Shown here: positions 48,827 to 59,056 of the stretch, piece by piece
Position numbering within the stretch: the stretch's first letter is position 1
How the letters are laid out: each line of letters opens with the position of its first letter
From: Bacteroidales bacterium
Lineage (GTDB): Bacteria > Bacteroidota > Bacteroidia > Bacteroidales > GCA-2748055
Direction: 5' to 3'
NCBI GenBank assembly: GCA_040768485.1
Contig: JAXGMU010000002.1
Coordinates: forward strand, 106,285-168,865
Length of the DNA stretch: 62,581 nt
Notes under the pieces: model-generated
What the model was told of the DNA's origin: nothing
The model's database searches: none
The model's input: the letters and a program-made list of their open reading frames with translations, nothing else
Program-made: the position numbers and the translations under genes

Positions 48827-50044
48827 CTATTTCCCTTCCAGGTAATCCGCCAGGTACCCGAATTGTTCCGTGAGTGAACCGTCCTCTGCAATGGTGGCCC
48901 GCTCCAGCATCCCGCCTGCTTCCTGTCCCAGCAGTTCCGGGATTACGTGTGCCGTCAGTGCTTCCCCGAAATCTTCCGAGGCGTCCCGCGGAAGCTCCCC
49001 CGGCAGGTTGTCCACCGCCATCACGGTAATGGCTTCCGGTTGAAACGGCAACGTCTCTTTGCCTGTGAAAGGATCGTACCCGTAAAACGGTTCTGCGATG
49101 GTGGAGGCCCGGATGGTGGAGGCGATGGGACCGCCGATGTCACAGCTGATATCGGCGATGATGCGAATGGGGATCACCGGGTTCTTCAGATCCCCCCGGG
49201 TCAGCAGCAGCGGGGAGCGCGGATCCCAGAAGTGGCAGGCCATGTACAGGTCCGTCCTCTCCGCGTAGGGAATAAAATTGTTCACGTACTGCCCGGGGTG
49301 GGCCACGAAATGGTCAAAATCGAAAGGTTTTCCTTCCCCGTGGCGGGTATAGTGCCATGGATCCAGCCGGGTGCAGACCGCATGGTTGAATTCCCTGCTC
49401 AGGTAATCCGGGGGGTCCGCCTGTACGATCCCCGCCGCATCCAGGATCTCCGTGGCTCCCCCTGCCACCCTTCCTCCGCCGGTGACCGCGATGCGGACAT
49501 TTCCCGGATCCACCCGATCCAGTTGAGATTTCAGGTGAGCCAGATCCCTGCATCGGTGGGCCGGAACCAGTTCATACCGTCCCGACCGCAGGCCGAGTGC
49601 CCGCAATCCGTTGTAGGCACCCACCACCCCGGCCCAGCGTCCGAACGCCACCACCCGGGTCCGGTCCGACCCTGTCAGGTATTCATAGTCGATGAGCCTG
49701 ATCTTTTTCCGTACGATGGTCTGCAGCAATTTCCTGTTATGTGATTGTTCTTTTGCCGTATGGGAAAAGAACAGGTAGGTCTTCCGGTCAAGCAGTGTGT
49801 CGGTCCTGACTTCCTTGACACCCATCAGGATGCTGCACCCCGACAAATCCTCCGTCACCCGGACGCCCTGCGTGGCGTACTCTTCATCAGTAAAGCAGCG
49901 GTGCGGGGAGGGCTGCACCCGGATCTCCAGACCGGGGTACTCTTCGGTCAGCTTCCGGCACTGGACGGGAGTCAGCGGAACCCTCCTGTCAAGGGGTACC
50001 TTTGTTTCACGAATGATCCCGATCTCTATTCCTGCATCTATCAT
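48827..50044 (-). CDS. Saccharopine dehydrogenase / AlaDH-PNT-like NAD(P)-dependent oxidoreductase
   Basis: IGIIRETK..DRRVPLTP, FFSHT.K, IDYE, DISCD, MAVDNLPGELPRDAS; start placed at MIDAG just after the upstream stop. Confidence 0.82.
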   Translation of the reverse strand: MIDAGIEIGIIRETKVPLDRRVPLTPVQCRKLTEEYPGLEIRVQPSPHRCFTDEEYATQGVRVTEDLSGCSILMGVKEVRTDTLLDRKTYLFFSHTAKEQSHNRKLLQTIVRKKIRLIDYEYLTGSDRTRVVAFGRWAGVVGAYNGLRALGLRSGRYELVPAHRCRDLAHLKSQLDRVDPGNVRIAVTGGGRVAGGATEILDAAGIVQADPPDYLSREFNHAVCTRLDPWHYTRHGEGKPFDFDHFVAHPGQYVNNFIPYAERTDLYMACHFWDPRSPLLLTRGDLKNPVIPIRIIADISCDIGGPIASTIRASTIAEPFYGYDPFTGKETLPFQPEAITVMAVDNLPGELPRDASEDFGEALTAHVIPELLGQEAGGMLERATIAEDGSLTEQFGYLADYLEGK

Positions 50045-50045
50045 G

Positions 50046-51053
50046 CTATTTAAGCGGGAAGGCAATGATGGTCTGCCATTTGGAAGGATCCTGCTCGCTC
50101 ATGGGATCGGTCAGATAGAGCTCAAAAGCCTCCCCGGTGGTTTCCAGTCCGTTTGCCTGCACATATTCATCCAGTTCCATGTAGGAACTCATGAATTCCT
50201 CGTAGGGACCTGTGTGTATGGCCTGCACCACCCTCATGTCCCCGTAGGTTTTCGGTTCCACTTCTCCGGCTTTCCGGCCGCCTCCCGTAACGGGGATCCC
50301 GGCCAGGTAATTGGAGAACCCGGTGGCCTCATCGAAATCCAGGTAATGGGCAAAAGGCGGTCCGGCCACCTGCAGCTGCTGGTTCTGGATTTCTGCCATG
50401 ATCAGACCGTAGAGCCTTTCCATTTCCTGCCCGATGGTCTCCATGGTCCCGCTCCCCCTGGCTGTCATGGTCGTGACGGGCTCGACGGTCTCGATGGTGA
50501 TCTTTCCCAGGTAGCTCAGCGGGGGAGGATTTTCCTCCAGGTAGACCTTCAGGTTCTCCAGTCCGGTTTCAAAGCTCTTCCGCATGAACGATTTTCCGAT
50601 CAGCATCCTGAGCCGGCCGAAGGGATAGCTCGTTTCCTCGGCAAAGGACCAGTTGATGCTGGTCCCCTCCCCTGCCGGTTCAAAGGTCCATTCGACCACA
50701 CCCGGGGTTTCAATTTCCCCGAACCAGATGGATGATTTGATGTATTCATTCTCCACCACGGACTGTACTTCCATTTTGCCTGTTCCGATCATCTCCCCGT
50801 CCCAGCTGTAGGTGGACCCGACGTACCCGGGGACGGGCCGGATGACCACCTTGGTGGTGGTATCCATGGTGACCCAGGGATCCCACTGATCCCTGTTTTC
50901 ATAGGAAGCAACGAACGGAAATATTTGTGAGGGCTTCAGCGCAATCTCGGTCCCTGCGCTTACTTCGGTGGTAGCGGGGACAAACAGCGGAACGATCAGC
51001 ATGGCTGCAACCAGGATGCCGATAATGATCAGAATAATCTTCAGGGCTTTCAT
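50046..51053 (-). CDS. SRPBCC/polyketide-cyclase domain + GyrI-like effector-binding domain protein
   Basis: N-terminal TM, W.PW, G.G.TYSW, FETGLENLK; HTGPYE...ELYLTDP...W.T.IAFP. Confidence 0.85.
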   Translation of the reverse strand: MKALKIILIIIGILVAAMLIVPLFVPATTEVSAGTEIALKPSQIFPFVASYENRDQWDPWVTMDTTTKVVIRPVPGYVGSTYSWDGEMIGTGKMEVQSVVENEYIKSSIWFGEIETPGVVEWTFEPAGEGTSINWSFAEETSYPFGRLRMLIGKSFMRKSFETGLENLKVYLEENPPPLSYLGKITIETVEPVTTMTARGSGTMETIGQEMERLYGLIMAEIQNQQLQVAGPPFAHYLDFDEATGFSNYLAGIPVTGGGRKAGEVEPKTYGDMRVVQAIHTGPYEEFMSSYMELDEYVQANGLETTGEAFELYLTDPMSEQDPSKWQTIIAFPLK

Positions 51054-51086
51054 AAATCCTTGAATTTGGTTGGTTTATCAGGGTAA

Positions 51087-51094
51087 CAAAATTA
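51087..51094 (-). promoter_or_regulatory. -7 element TAATTTTG for the GyrI-like gene
   Basis: TAnnTTTG match. Confidence 0.5.
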
Positions 51095-51113
51095 AGAAAC
51101 CATCCAATACGGG

Positions 51114-52214
51114 TCAATAGCCGGGACCGATCAGTCCGGCAGCCGCCCTCCGGTCCGGTTTGAAAGAAGGATTCCGGGGGAATTCCCTCACCGTCACGAT
51201 CCTTTTGGGACGCGCATGCCCCGGGAGTTTTTTCCGGAGCATCTCCTCCCACTGCCCGGCCGGGGCAGGATGGCCGCCTGTCTCCACCAGCAGGACGATC
51301 CGTTGTCCCAGTCCGGGGTCCTCTTCGGGCAGGACGAGGCAGGGTCTATTCAGCCACTCTCCGATGCGCTGCTCCAGAACCTCCGGGACCACCTTGATGC
51401 CTCCGCTTTTGAAGACATGATCGATCCGCCCCATCCACCGGAATCCCTTTCCGTCCCGGCCGATCTCCACCAGGTCGCCCGTCACCACCTCACCATCGGT
51501 GACACCCGGTACCTGCACCACCAGGCAGCCCCTCCGGTCCCTCCGGATCCGCACGCCTTCCATCAGCCTGAAGTGGCTGTCCGGGTTGCTGCCGTTGACC
51601 CGCCGCAACGCAAAGTGGGAATATGTTTCCGACATGGCGAAAGATTCATAGATGGCCGGCTTCTCCAGTTTCTCCAGCTCCCTGAGAAGCGCAGGATGCA
51701 CCTCCCCTCCGCCGATGAGCAGCTGATCCAGCAGGGACAGCGGATCCCCGCCCTGCACCGATTCGTGCACCTGGAGCGGAACCATGGAACCGAACCGGAA
51801 AGATTGGGACATCCCTCTCAACGGGCGTGATGCGGGTTCCGCTGTCACCAGGCGGAGTCCCCCGCTCAGCGCCCGGACCACCATCATCTTTCCGGCAATG
51901 TACCGGACAGGCAGGCAGAGGAGGACTGGATCGCCGGGTTGCAGCCGGAAAAAGTCCAGTGTCATTTCTGCGCTGCGGATCATCGCCGAGCGCTTCAGGC
52001 TGAGTTTCGCGGGTTCACCCGTGGTACCGCTGGTTCTCTGGATGATCGCCTCCCCGCCCTCGTCCAGGAACATGCGGATAAAAGCGAAGAGGTCCCTCCG
52101 CCATTCCGGTACCGCCTGGTCCACTGACAGAGCCTCCGCGCGGGATCGCAGCGCTTTCAGGGAAAACGCACTGTCATCGATCAGGAATGGCTCCGGAAGG
52201 TTCATCGGGGGCAT
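51114..52214 (-). CDS. menE: O-succinylbenzoate--CoA ligase (short Bacteroidota type)
   Basis: TSGTTGEP, YIAGKMMVVR, MSETYSH, GRID..FKSGG.K; last gene of the men cluster. Confidence 0.9.
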   Translation of the reverse strand: MPPMNLPEPFLIDDSAFSLKALRSRAEALSVDQAVPEWRRDLFAFIRMFLDEGGEAIIQRTSGTTGEPAKLSLKRSAMIRSAEMTLDFFRLQPGDPVLLCLPVRYIAGKMMVVRALSGGLRLVTAEPASRPLRGMSQSFRFGSMVPLQVHESVQGGDPLSLLDQLLIGGGEVHPALLRELEKLEKPAIYESFAMSETYSHFALRRVNGSNPDSHFRLMEGVRIRRDRRGCLVVQVPGVTDGEVVTGDLVEIGRDGKGFRWMGRIDHVFKSGGIKVVPEVLEQRIGEWLNRPCLVLPEEDPGLGQRIVLLVETGGHPAPAGQWEEMLRKKLPGHARPKRIVTVREFPRNPSFKPDRRAAAGLIGPGY

Positions 52215-52215
52215 T

Positions 52216-53268
52216 TCACATTTCATGTTCATCGACGGGAGACAGGTCCCATTCCCGCTCAGGCCTGTACCAGAGCCTGTCGCCTGCAGTCTCCAGCGGG
52301 GACGGAATGTTGTTGCGGTAGATCCTGCCGGTGCCGAGTCCCTGCACTGTTGCAGTCTCCAGGGCCGCAACCCACTGGGCGATGGCATTCAGGCCGACAC
52401 TGGATTCGAGGGCGGAAGTAACCCACCATCCGGCATGCAGCTCCCCGGCCAGCCGGATCCATTCCCGGGCCACACTGAAACCTCCCAGAAGACCCGGCTT
52501 CAGTACGATGTAAGCTGGCCTTACGGCTTCGATCATGTGCCTTCCGGCACTGGCCGGATCCAGGCCCAACAACTCCTCGTCCAGGGCCACCGGGATCGCC
52601 GCCCCGGCACAGAGCGCCGCCATGGCTTCCGTCTGCCCTGCTCCGATAGGCTGTTCGATGGAATGGATCTGGAATTTGGAGAATCCGGCCATTTTTCCGG
52701 CAGCTTCCTCCGGGCTCCAGGCTCCGTTGGCATCCAGCCGTATTTCCAGATCGCGCCATGTAAATTCGCTGCGTATATGGTCCAGCACTTCCATTTCTTC
52801 CTCCATTTCAAGCGCCCCCACCTTCAGCTTCAGAACCCTGTAACCGTCCTGCAACTTCTCCCTGATCTGTTCCAGCATGAAATCCCTGTCACCCATCCAG
52901 ATGAGCCCGTTGATGGGAATCCCGGTCCGCCCCCCTGTAAAATCCGACGGAAACAGCACCCTGCTACCGTTCCTGTCCAGGTCGAGCAGTGCCGTCTCCA
53001 GGGCGAAACGAATTCCCGGGGCCGTGGAGAACGGCCGGCGCGGATCCAGCTCTCCGCGGCTGATCAGCCTGCAGACATGGTGGATCTGTCTTTCCAGTTC
53101 TTCCGCTCCCTCCGCACCCAGGCCCGGAATGTAGGAGACCTCCCCGATCCCGGTCACATCCCCCTGCCGCAGCCTGATAAACCAGCTCTGCTTCGTCCGG
53201 AGGATCCCGCGGGAAGTCCCCGCAGGCCATTTGAAATCAAGAGAGTATGGAGTGAATGATGCCTGCAC
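52216..53268 (-). CDS. menC: O-succinylbenzoate synthase
   Basis: AGTSRG, KLKVG, RLDANGA, IEQPI, ALDEEL, LKP, SALES. Confidence 0.93.
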   Translation of the reverse strand: MQASFTPYSLDFKWPAGTSRGILRTKQSWFIRLRQGDVTGIGEVSYIPGLGAEGAEELERQIHHVCRLISRGELDPRRPFSTAPGIRFALETALLDLDRNGSRVLFPSDFTGGRTGIPINGLIWMGDRDFMLEQIREKLQDGYRVLKLKVGALEMEEEMEVLDHIRSEFTWRDLEIRLDANGAWSPEEAAGKMAGFSKFQIHSIEQPIGAGQTEAMAALCAGAAIPVALDEELLGLDPASAGRHMIEAVRPAYIVLKPGLLGGFSVAREWIRLAGELHAGWWVTSALESSVGLNAIAQWVAALETATVQGLGTGRIYRNNIPSPLETAGDRLWYRPEREWDLSPVDEHEM

Positions 53269-53271
53269 TGT

Positions 53272-54174
53272 TCAGAGAATGAGTCCGATTCCGAATGAAA
53301 GAGAAAACAGCAGGGTGGCAACTGCCAGTTTTTTCAGTTCGGCATTCAGCTCCACGGGGACCGTGTTGGTCAGTACTTTCTGAACGTCAGATGCGAGAAG
53401 GGGCAGGGGCAACAGGAACATCAGCTGGAGAAAGGAATCAAAATTGATGACCGTATATGTGATTCCCAGAAGAAATGCCGTGAACAGCAGTCCCACGTGG
53501 TACACTTTGGCCCATGTGATCCCCATGCGCACAACCAGGGTCTGTTTCCCGTTGAGCTCGTCATTTTCCCGGTCCCTCATGTTGTTCAGGTTCAACACAC
53601 CCACACTGAGCAATCCGATGGATGATGCGGGAAGCAGGATGGCGGGATGGAAGGTGCGGGTATGCAGGAAATAGGTTCCCGCCACCCCAAGGATCCCGAA
53701 ATAGATGAAAACCATGATGTCCCCGAAACCCAGGTAGCCGTAAGGCTTTTTACCGATGGTATATTTCACCGCCGCATAGATGGCTGAAAAGCCAAGCAGG
53801 AAGAACACCGCATACAGCAACAGGTGGTCCCTTCCCAGTCCCGACCAGATCAGCATCGAACCTGAAATCAGGCTCAGGATCACAAAGAGGGTGATCATCC
53901 ACCGCATCTCCCTCAGGGTCACCAGGCCGGTCTGGGTCACCCGCAGTGGACCGAGCCGCTGGCTGTTGTCGGTTCCCTTCCTGGCATCACCGTAGTCATT
54001 GGCCAGATTCGACAGTATCTGCAGGAAGAGGGTGGTACAGGTTCCAAAGATGAACACCCCCCATTTGAACCTTCCTTCCTCAAATGCAAGAAAGGACCCC
54101 AGGATGGTGGCAGACAGGGCCAGGGGAAGGGTGCGCAGGCGGAACGCCCTGATCCATATGGAAAACTTGTTCAT
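53272..54174 (-). CDS. menA: 1,4-dihydroxy-2-naphthoate prenyltransferase
   Basis: RLRTLPL, SNLANDYGD..KGTD, NLNNMRD..ND...GK.TL. Confidence 0.96.
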   Translation of the reverse strand: MNKFSIWIRAFRLRTLPLALSATILGSFLAFEEGRFKWGVFIFGTCTTLFLQILSNLANDYGDARKGTDNSQRLGPLRVTQTGLVTLREMRWMITLFVILSLISGSMLIWSGLGRDHLLLYAVFFLLGFSAIYAAVKYTIGKKPYGYLGFGDIMVFIYFGILGVAGTYFLHTRTFHPAILLPASSIGLLSVGVLNLNNMRDRENDELNGKQTLVVRMGITWAKVYHVGLLFTAFLLGITYTVINFDSFLQLMFLLPLPLLASDVQKVLTNTVPVELNAELKKLAVATLLFSLSFGIGLIL

Positions 54175-54210
54175 GTCAGTGTCATTTAACAACCGCCCGG
54201 CGTGATTGGT

Positions 54211-55032
54211 TCAGGGAAGCCCCGGGAACCTGTCCCAGTCGGGTTTCCTTTTCTCCAGGAAAGCTTCCTTGCCCTCCCGCGCTTCGTCGGTCATGTAGTA
54301 CAGCATGGTGGCATTTCCCGCCAACTCCTGGATCCCGGCCTGACCGTCCAGCTCGGCATTGAGACCCGCCTTGATCATGCGCAGGGCAACCGGACTGTGC
54401 TGCATGATCTTTTTGCACCATTCCACCGTGGTGTCCTCCAGCTGTTCAATGGGCACCACCTTGTTCACCATCCCCATTTCCATGGCTTGCGCAGCCGTGT
54501 ACTGTTCACACAGGAACCAGATCTCCCTGGCTTTCTTCTGTCCCACGTGCCGTGCCAGGTAAGAGGAACCGAATCCCGCATCGAAGCTGCCCACACGCGG
54601 CCCCGTCTGCCCGAACCTGGCATTTTCCGAAGCAATGGTGAGGTCACAGACCACATGCAGCACATGTCCCCCCCCGATGGCATAGCCGTTGACCATGGCA
54701 ATGACCGGTTTGGGAAGACTCCGGATCTGCCGCTGCACATCCAGGATGTTGAGCCTGGGCACCCCGTCCTTTCCCACGTAACCTGCAAAGCTTTTCACAT
54801 GCTGGTCACCTCCGCTGCAGAAGGCCTTATCCCCCTCCCCGGTAAGGATCACCACCCGGACTTCCTGCATCTCCCTGCACGCCACGAGAGCCTCGCTCAT
54901 CTCCCGTGTGGTGTCAGGGGTAAACGCGTTGTGGACGCGGGGACGATTGATGGTGATCTTTGCAATGCCTTCAAAAAAATCGAACTTTATCTCTTCAAAC
55001 TCCCTGATGGTCTTCCAGTTTCTTTTCTCCAT
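54211..55032 (-). CDS. menB: 1,4-dihydroxy-2-naphthoyl-CoA synthase
   Basis: [31 protein letters not shown]. Confidence 0.98.
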   Translation of the reverse strand: MEKRNWKTIREFEEIKFDFFEGIAKITINRPRVHNAFTPDTTREMSEALVACREMQEVRVVILTGEGDKAFCSGGDQHVKSFAGYVGKDGVPRLNILDVQRQIRSLPKPVIAMVNGYAIGGGHVLHVVCDLTIASENARFGQTGPRVGSFDAGFGSSYLARHVGQKKAREIWFLCEQYTAAQAMEMGMVNKVVPIEQLEDTTVEWCKKIMQHSPVALRMIKAGLNAELDGQAGIQELAGNATMLYYMTDEAREGKEAFLEKRKPDWDRFPGLP

Positions 55033-56704
55033 AGGATGAATGGTGATGGTTCAGAAACGACTTAAAGATACGACTATTTTCGCTGCCCGAGGTGTCAGCC
55101 TCCAGGACATTGATGCCGGAGTCCGGTGCCAGGAGAAGATTCAGTTTTTCTTCCAGCTCGTCCAGCCCGTCAGCCTTCAGATGTTCCCTTCCGAACGAGC
55201 GGCTCAGCAGTTCCAGGGAGACCGGATGGCGGGTTACGGAATATTCCTCGAAAAACGGCATGCGATCGGGTCCCTCAAGCAGCCGGAAGATCCCTCCTCC
55301 CCCGTCGTTCACCACCACGATCTTCAGGTTCGCCGGAAAATCCTTGTTCCAGAGCGCATTGGAATCATACACAAAGGACAGATCTCCCACCAGCAGCAGG
55401 TGTTGCCCGGCAGATACCATGGCTGCCCCCACGGCTGTGGAGACCACACCGTCGATCCCCGACGTGCCCCGGTTGGAGAAGTACTGCAGGTCCTTTCGCA
55501 TGGGCAGCAGCTGGGAATACCGGATCACGGAACTGTTCCCCAGGTGGAGGACCGTCCCTGCCGGCAGGGAGGACATCGTCCGGTGAATCACAGCCAGGTT
55601 GCTGAACGGCGTCCTTTCCAGAAAATCAACTGCCTGGGCGAGCGCTTTTCCCTCCAGCCTTTTCCATGCCTCCGGATATCCACCGAAGCGTCCGTCTTCT
55701 TCGTCGTCTGTTCTTTTGGCCGACCCCTCCAGTGTTTCCAGAAGTGTACGCAATCCTCCTTCCGGATCATTCTCCAGGAGCACGATCTCACCGGGAGGAT
55801 GGGCTTTCAGAAAGAGTTTCATCCGTTTCGAGACCACCTGTCCCCCGAACACCACCAACCGCTCCGGGGTCAGCTCCTTAAGCTCCTTTTCGCCCGCCGC
55901 GTTCAGCAGCAGTTCCGGATTGGCGATGAACCGGTCTGACGGCAGGTTGGCGATGTTTTCCGCCACCACCACAGTCCCGTATTTCCTGGCCATGGATTCC
56001 AGGAGAGCGGGAATCTCCCCGCCATGTCTGCCCGCGCCTGCCAGCACGAGCAGCCTGGTACCGGAAGAAATCCGCTTCCACCGGTTCCGGCTGCTCTTTT
56101 TCACAGGGTGGTTTTTTCCCTGTTTGGGAAGGTTCTCGCCGGAAGGGGGCTGGTTCTCGCGGGGAGGGGGCAGCGGTTCATACAGCGGCTCCTCAAGCGG
56201 CACATTGAAGTGGACCGGCCCTTCGGGGAAGGAGCACGCCTCCCGGACCAGGGTCTGCACGTGCCCGCCTATTTCCTGCAACTGTCCCTCGTTTCCGGCC
56301 CCTGCCGGGAACTGGAAGAATCCCTTTGAATTCCTGATGAACGGCTCCTGCTGGTCGATGACCTGGTTGTCGAACTGGGGAACGGATTCGCGGGGACGGT
56401 CGGCTGTGACCAGTACCAGCGGGACATGCTGGAAATGTGCTTCCGCCGCGGCGGGGGCAAGATTGAGGACCGCCGTTCCAGAGGTGGTGACAACCGCCAC
56501 GGGCTCCTGCAGCTGCCTTGCCATGCCCAGGGCCACATAGCCTGCTGAGCGTTCATCAACGATGCTGTGGCAACGGAAGGACGGATCCGATGTGAATAGC
56601 TGGATCAGGGGCGCATTGCGGCTTCCGGGGCATATGATCACATGGTGGATCTTCTGTCCCGCGAGGACAGGGGCCAGATCAGCGATATGTTGGTTGCGCT
56701 TCAT
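54995..56704 (-). CDS. menD: SEPHCHC synthase
   Basis: [44 protein letters not shown]. Confidence 0.96.
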   Translation of the reverse strand: MKRNQHIADLAPVLAGQKIHHVIICPGSRNAPLIQLFTSDPSFRCHSIVDERSAGYVALGMARQLQEPVAVVTTSGTAVLNLAPAAAEAHFQHVPLVLVTADRPRESVPQFDNQVIDQQEPFIRNSKGFFQFPAGAGNEGQLQEIGGHVQTLVREACSFPEGPVHFNVPLEEPLYEPLPPPRENQPPSGENLPKQGKNHPVKKSSRNRWKRISSGTRLLVLAGAGRHGGEIPALLESMARKYGTVVVAENIANLPSDRFIANPELLLNAAGEKELKELTPERLVVFGGQVVSKRMKLFLKAHPPGEIVLLENDPEGGLRTLLETLEGSAKRTDDEEDGRFGGYPEAWKRLEGKALAQAVDFLERTPFSNLAVIHRTMSSLPAGTVLHLGNSSVIRYSQLLPMRKDLQYFSNRGTSGIDGVVSTAVGAAMVSAGQHLLLVGDLSFVYDSNALWNKDFPANLKIVVVNDGGGGIFRLLEGPDRMPFFEEYSVTRHPVSLELLSRSFGREHLKADGLDELEEKLNLLLAPDSGINVLEADTSGSENSRIFKSFLNHHHSSYGEKKLEDHQGV

Positions 56705-57836
56705 GTAAGGGAGCCAGGTCCCTGATGTAGATGCGGAGGATCTTCAGAAGCGATTCCGCTTTCCAGCGGGTTTCATCCCACTCGGCCTGCGGATCGGAGT
56801 CCAGGGTGATGCCCCCGCCCGTGTACAGTGCAAGATAACCCGGTGTGATTTTCATACATCTCAGGTTCACAAACAGATCAATGTCCCCTTCCCGGCTGAC
56901 AGGACCCAGAAAACCGGTATAATAACCGCGGTTGTGCGGTTCCAGCTCACGGAGGAAGGAGACGGCTTCCTCCCTTGGCTGTCCTGCCACAGCCGGTGTT
57001 GGATGCAGTGAGTCCACGAACTCCCACAGGCGGGATGCGATCCTGTCGAAATTGAAGCTGAAGTCGGTGCAGAGGTGCAACAGGCTGCCGGTTTTCTTCA
57101 CATAAGGAGAACCCACCCGGTAGTCGCCGATCCGGAAACTCCTGAGTACATCGTGGATGTAACGGGTCACATACTCCTGTTCCAGGACCTCCTTGGCGGT
57201 CCACCGGTTCACATCCATGTACTTTTCCGCATAGGGCACGGTGCCTGCCAGGGAGACCGTGGAGATTTTCCCGTTCATCCGCCTGAGCAACGGTTCCGGT
57301 GAAGCGCCCATCCAGAATTGTCCGCAGCTTTTGAAAAGATACACAAAGGCCTCGGGATATTTTTTGCACAGGGTCCTGAACATCCTGGGAATAATGGATA
57401 CATAATTCCCTTCGATGGTCCTGATCCGCGAAAGCACCGCTTTCTGGAAGGCGCCTTTCGAGATACTGGCTTTGATGGATCCCACCTGATCCAAGTAGGC
57501 TTCCCGTCCGGTCACCACCGGCGGGTTCTCTTCCCTGAGAGAAGATCCGCACCCCTCCATCCCGGAGAGCCGGTTTACTATGGACGATTCAATTGAATCT
57601 CCCTCAATCACCAAATCGGGACGCACCAGAACGCAGCTGTCGCCGTTCCCCGTATCGAACGGCGCCATGAGAAATCCGTCCATGCTGGAGATCTCCCGGA
57701 CCGCATTCCACTGCACATGGTCGGCCGAGGTCTGGATATAGGTGGTGGATTGGTCCTGCCCGGGGAGGCGGAAGGTGACAAAAGGGATGTTTCCGGAGAT
57801 GCAGATGTCGTGGATCCTGGTCAGATATTCGCTCAT
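56679..57836 (-). CDS. menF: Isochorismate synthase
   Basis: KAVLSR, GASPE, SLAG, LHPTPAV, RGYYTG, LFVNLR, GGGI...S....EW.ET. Confidence 0.9.
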   Translation of the reverse strand: MSEYLTRIHDICISGNIPFVTFRLPGQDQSTTYIQTSADHVQWNAVREISSMDGFLMAPFDTGNGDSCVLVRPDLVIEGDSIESSIVNRLSGMEGCGSSLREENPPVVTGREAYLDQVGSIKASISKGAFQKAVLSRIRTIEGNYVSIIPRMFRTLCKKYPEAFVYLFKSCGQFWMGASPEPLLRRMNGKISTVSLAGTVPYAEKYMDVNRWTAKEVLEQEYVTRYIHDVLRSFRIGDYRVGSPYVKKTGSLLHLCTDFSFNFDRIASRLWEFVDSLHPTPAVAGQPREEAVSFLRELEPHNRGYYTGFLGPVSREGDIDLFVNLRCMKITPGYLALYTGGGITLDSDPQAEWDETRWKAESLLKILRIYIRDLAPLHEAQPTYR

Positions 57837-57851
57837 GTTTCTTACGCTCAG

Positions 57852-58268
57852 CTAATCCGCCTCCTGTTTGATGGGTTTGATACTATTAGTAACACGGCTG
57901 ATGGAAATAAGTTGCCCTTTCTCATCCCTAATTTCCACGTCCCAGATATGTTTAAAATCACTTTTCGACAGGATCGAGGCCCTTGCCACCAGCTTCCCCT
58001 CCTTTGCAGGAGAAAGGTGCTGTGTGTATACCACCGATCCGTACACGCTGAATTTTTCCGGGTCCACCTGAAGTACCGAACCCACGCTTCCCACCGATTC
58101 TGCCAGGGAGATGAGGGCACCGCCGTGCACCACACCCAGGGGCTGGTGGTGTTCGGAGGTGATCTGCATAACCGCTTCCACCGCGGTATCGGAAAACGCG
58201 GTGAACTCGATGTGAAGCAGGTCCATAAAGGAACCTCTGCAGGTCCGGTTCAACTCGTCGATGGTCAT
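57852..58268 (-). CDS. menI: PaaI/hotdog thioesterase, probable DHNA-CoA hydrolase
   Basis: QPLGVVHGGALISLAES; located in the men cluster. Confidence 0.8.
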   Translation of the reverse strand: MTIDELNRTCRGSFMDLLHIEFTAFSDTAVEAVMQITSEHHQPLGVVHGGALISLAESVGSVGSVLQVDPEKFSVYGSVVYTQHLSPAKEGKLVARASILSKSDFKHIWDVEIRDEKGQLISISRVTNSIKPIKQEAD

Positions 58269-58284
58269 TATCTCATTCTTCCGT

Positions 58285-58292
58285 CAAAGATA
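58285..58292 (-). promoter_or_regulatory. -7 element TATCTTTG for menI-menF-menD...
   Basis: TAnnTTTG match 16 bp upstream of menI. Confidence 0.5.
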
Positions 58293-58300
58293 CACATTTT

Positions 58301-59056
58301 TCAGTCCCTTTTTTCCGACACCACCAGCATCACCGAACCCAGGAAGAGCGGCTTGCCTCTGAGCACCCCGAATCCCGCTTTCTCCAGGATCCCGCCCATC
58401 TCATCGATTGTATAGTAATTCTTGGATGATTCCGACAGGTAGCGGTAGGCGGCCAGGTTCCCTGAAAGCAATCCTCCCAGGAGGGGTAGGATCAGTTTGA
58501 GGTAAAGGGTATTGGCCTGCCGCCAGATGGCATTCCCGGGGCGGCCGCTTTCCAGAATGACCAGCCGTCCGCCCGGTTTCAGCACCCGTCTTATTTCTGA
58601 CAGATGCTGACCGGCACGTGAGTTTTTATACAGCAGGTTCCTGATCCCGAAGGTGATCCCCACGGCATCGAAGGAATCGTTTGGGAAAGGCATGCCGGCA
58701 GCATCCCCTTCCACGAATGAAAGGGAGCGGATCCCGGACCGTTCTGCCAGTCCCCCGCTCTTCCTCCTGGCCAGCCCGAGCATGGAGGCGCTGAAATCGA
58801 ATCCTGTCAGCTCGAGCGGATCTTCTGCCTGCCGGGCCAGTTCGATCAGGAAATCACCCGTGCCGGTACAGAGGTCCAGGATCCGGAGAGGCCGTGCGAG
58901 CAGGCATTCGGTCGCTGCTTTTCTCCTCCAGGCCCTGTCCCTGCCGAATGTGAAGACCCGGTTCACAAGGTCGTACCGTGCATGGATCTTGCTGTAAAAA
59001 TCGTGCAGCGGATGGTCTTGATGGTGATCCATGAATGTACCCGGAAACTCAGTCAT
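58301..59056 (-). CDS. menG: Demethylmenaquinone methyltransferase (UbiE/MenG)
   Basis: YDLVNR.F.FG.D..WR, LDLCTGTGD, FGIRN, RVLKPGG, AYRYL.ES; start may alternatively be 59032. Confidence 0.9.
   Translation of the reverse strand: MTEFPGTFMDHHQDHPLHDFYSKIHARYDLVNRVFTFGRDRAWRRKAATECLLARPLRILDLCTGTGDFLIELARQAEDPLELTGFDFSASMLGLARRKSGGLAERSGIRSLSFVEGDAAGMPFPNDSFDAVGITFGIRNLLYKNSRAGQHLSEIRRVLKPGGRLVILESGRPGNAIWRQANTLYLKLILPLLGGLLSGNLAAYRYLSESSKNYYTIDEMGGILEKAGFGVLRGKPLFLGSVMLVVSEKRD

Noticed and set aside
52215-52388. N-terminal extension of menE
   Set aside because: It overlaps the menC 3' end; a start at 52214 or 52205 fits the operon packing.
51784-53259. Long antisense ORFs (e.g. 51784-53259, 21662-22966, 40339-41511, 29259-30428, 32990-34117)
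   Set aside because: They are shadows of well-supported genes on the opposite strand in GC-rich DNA and have no recognisable motifs.
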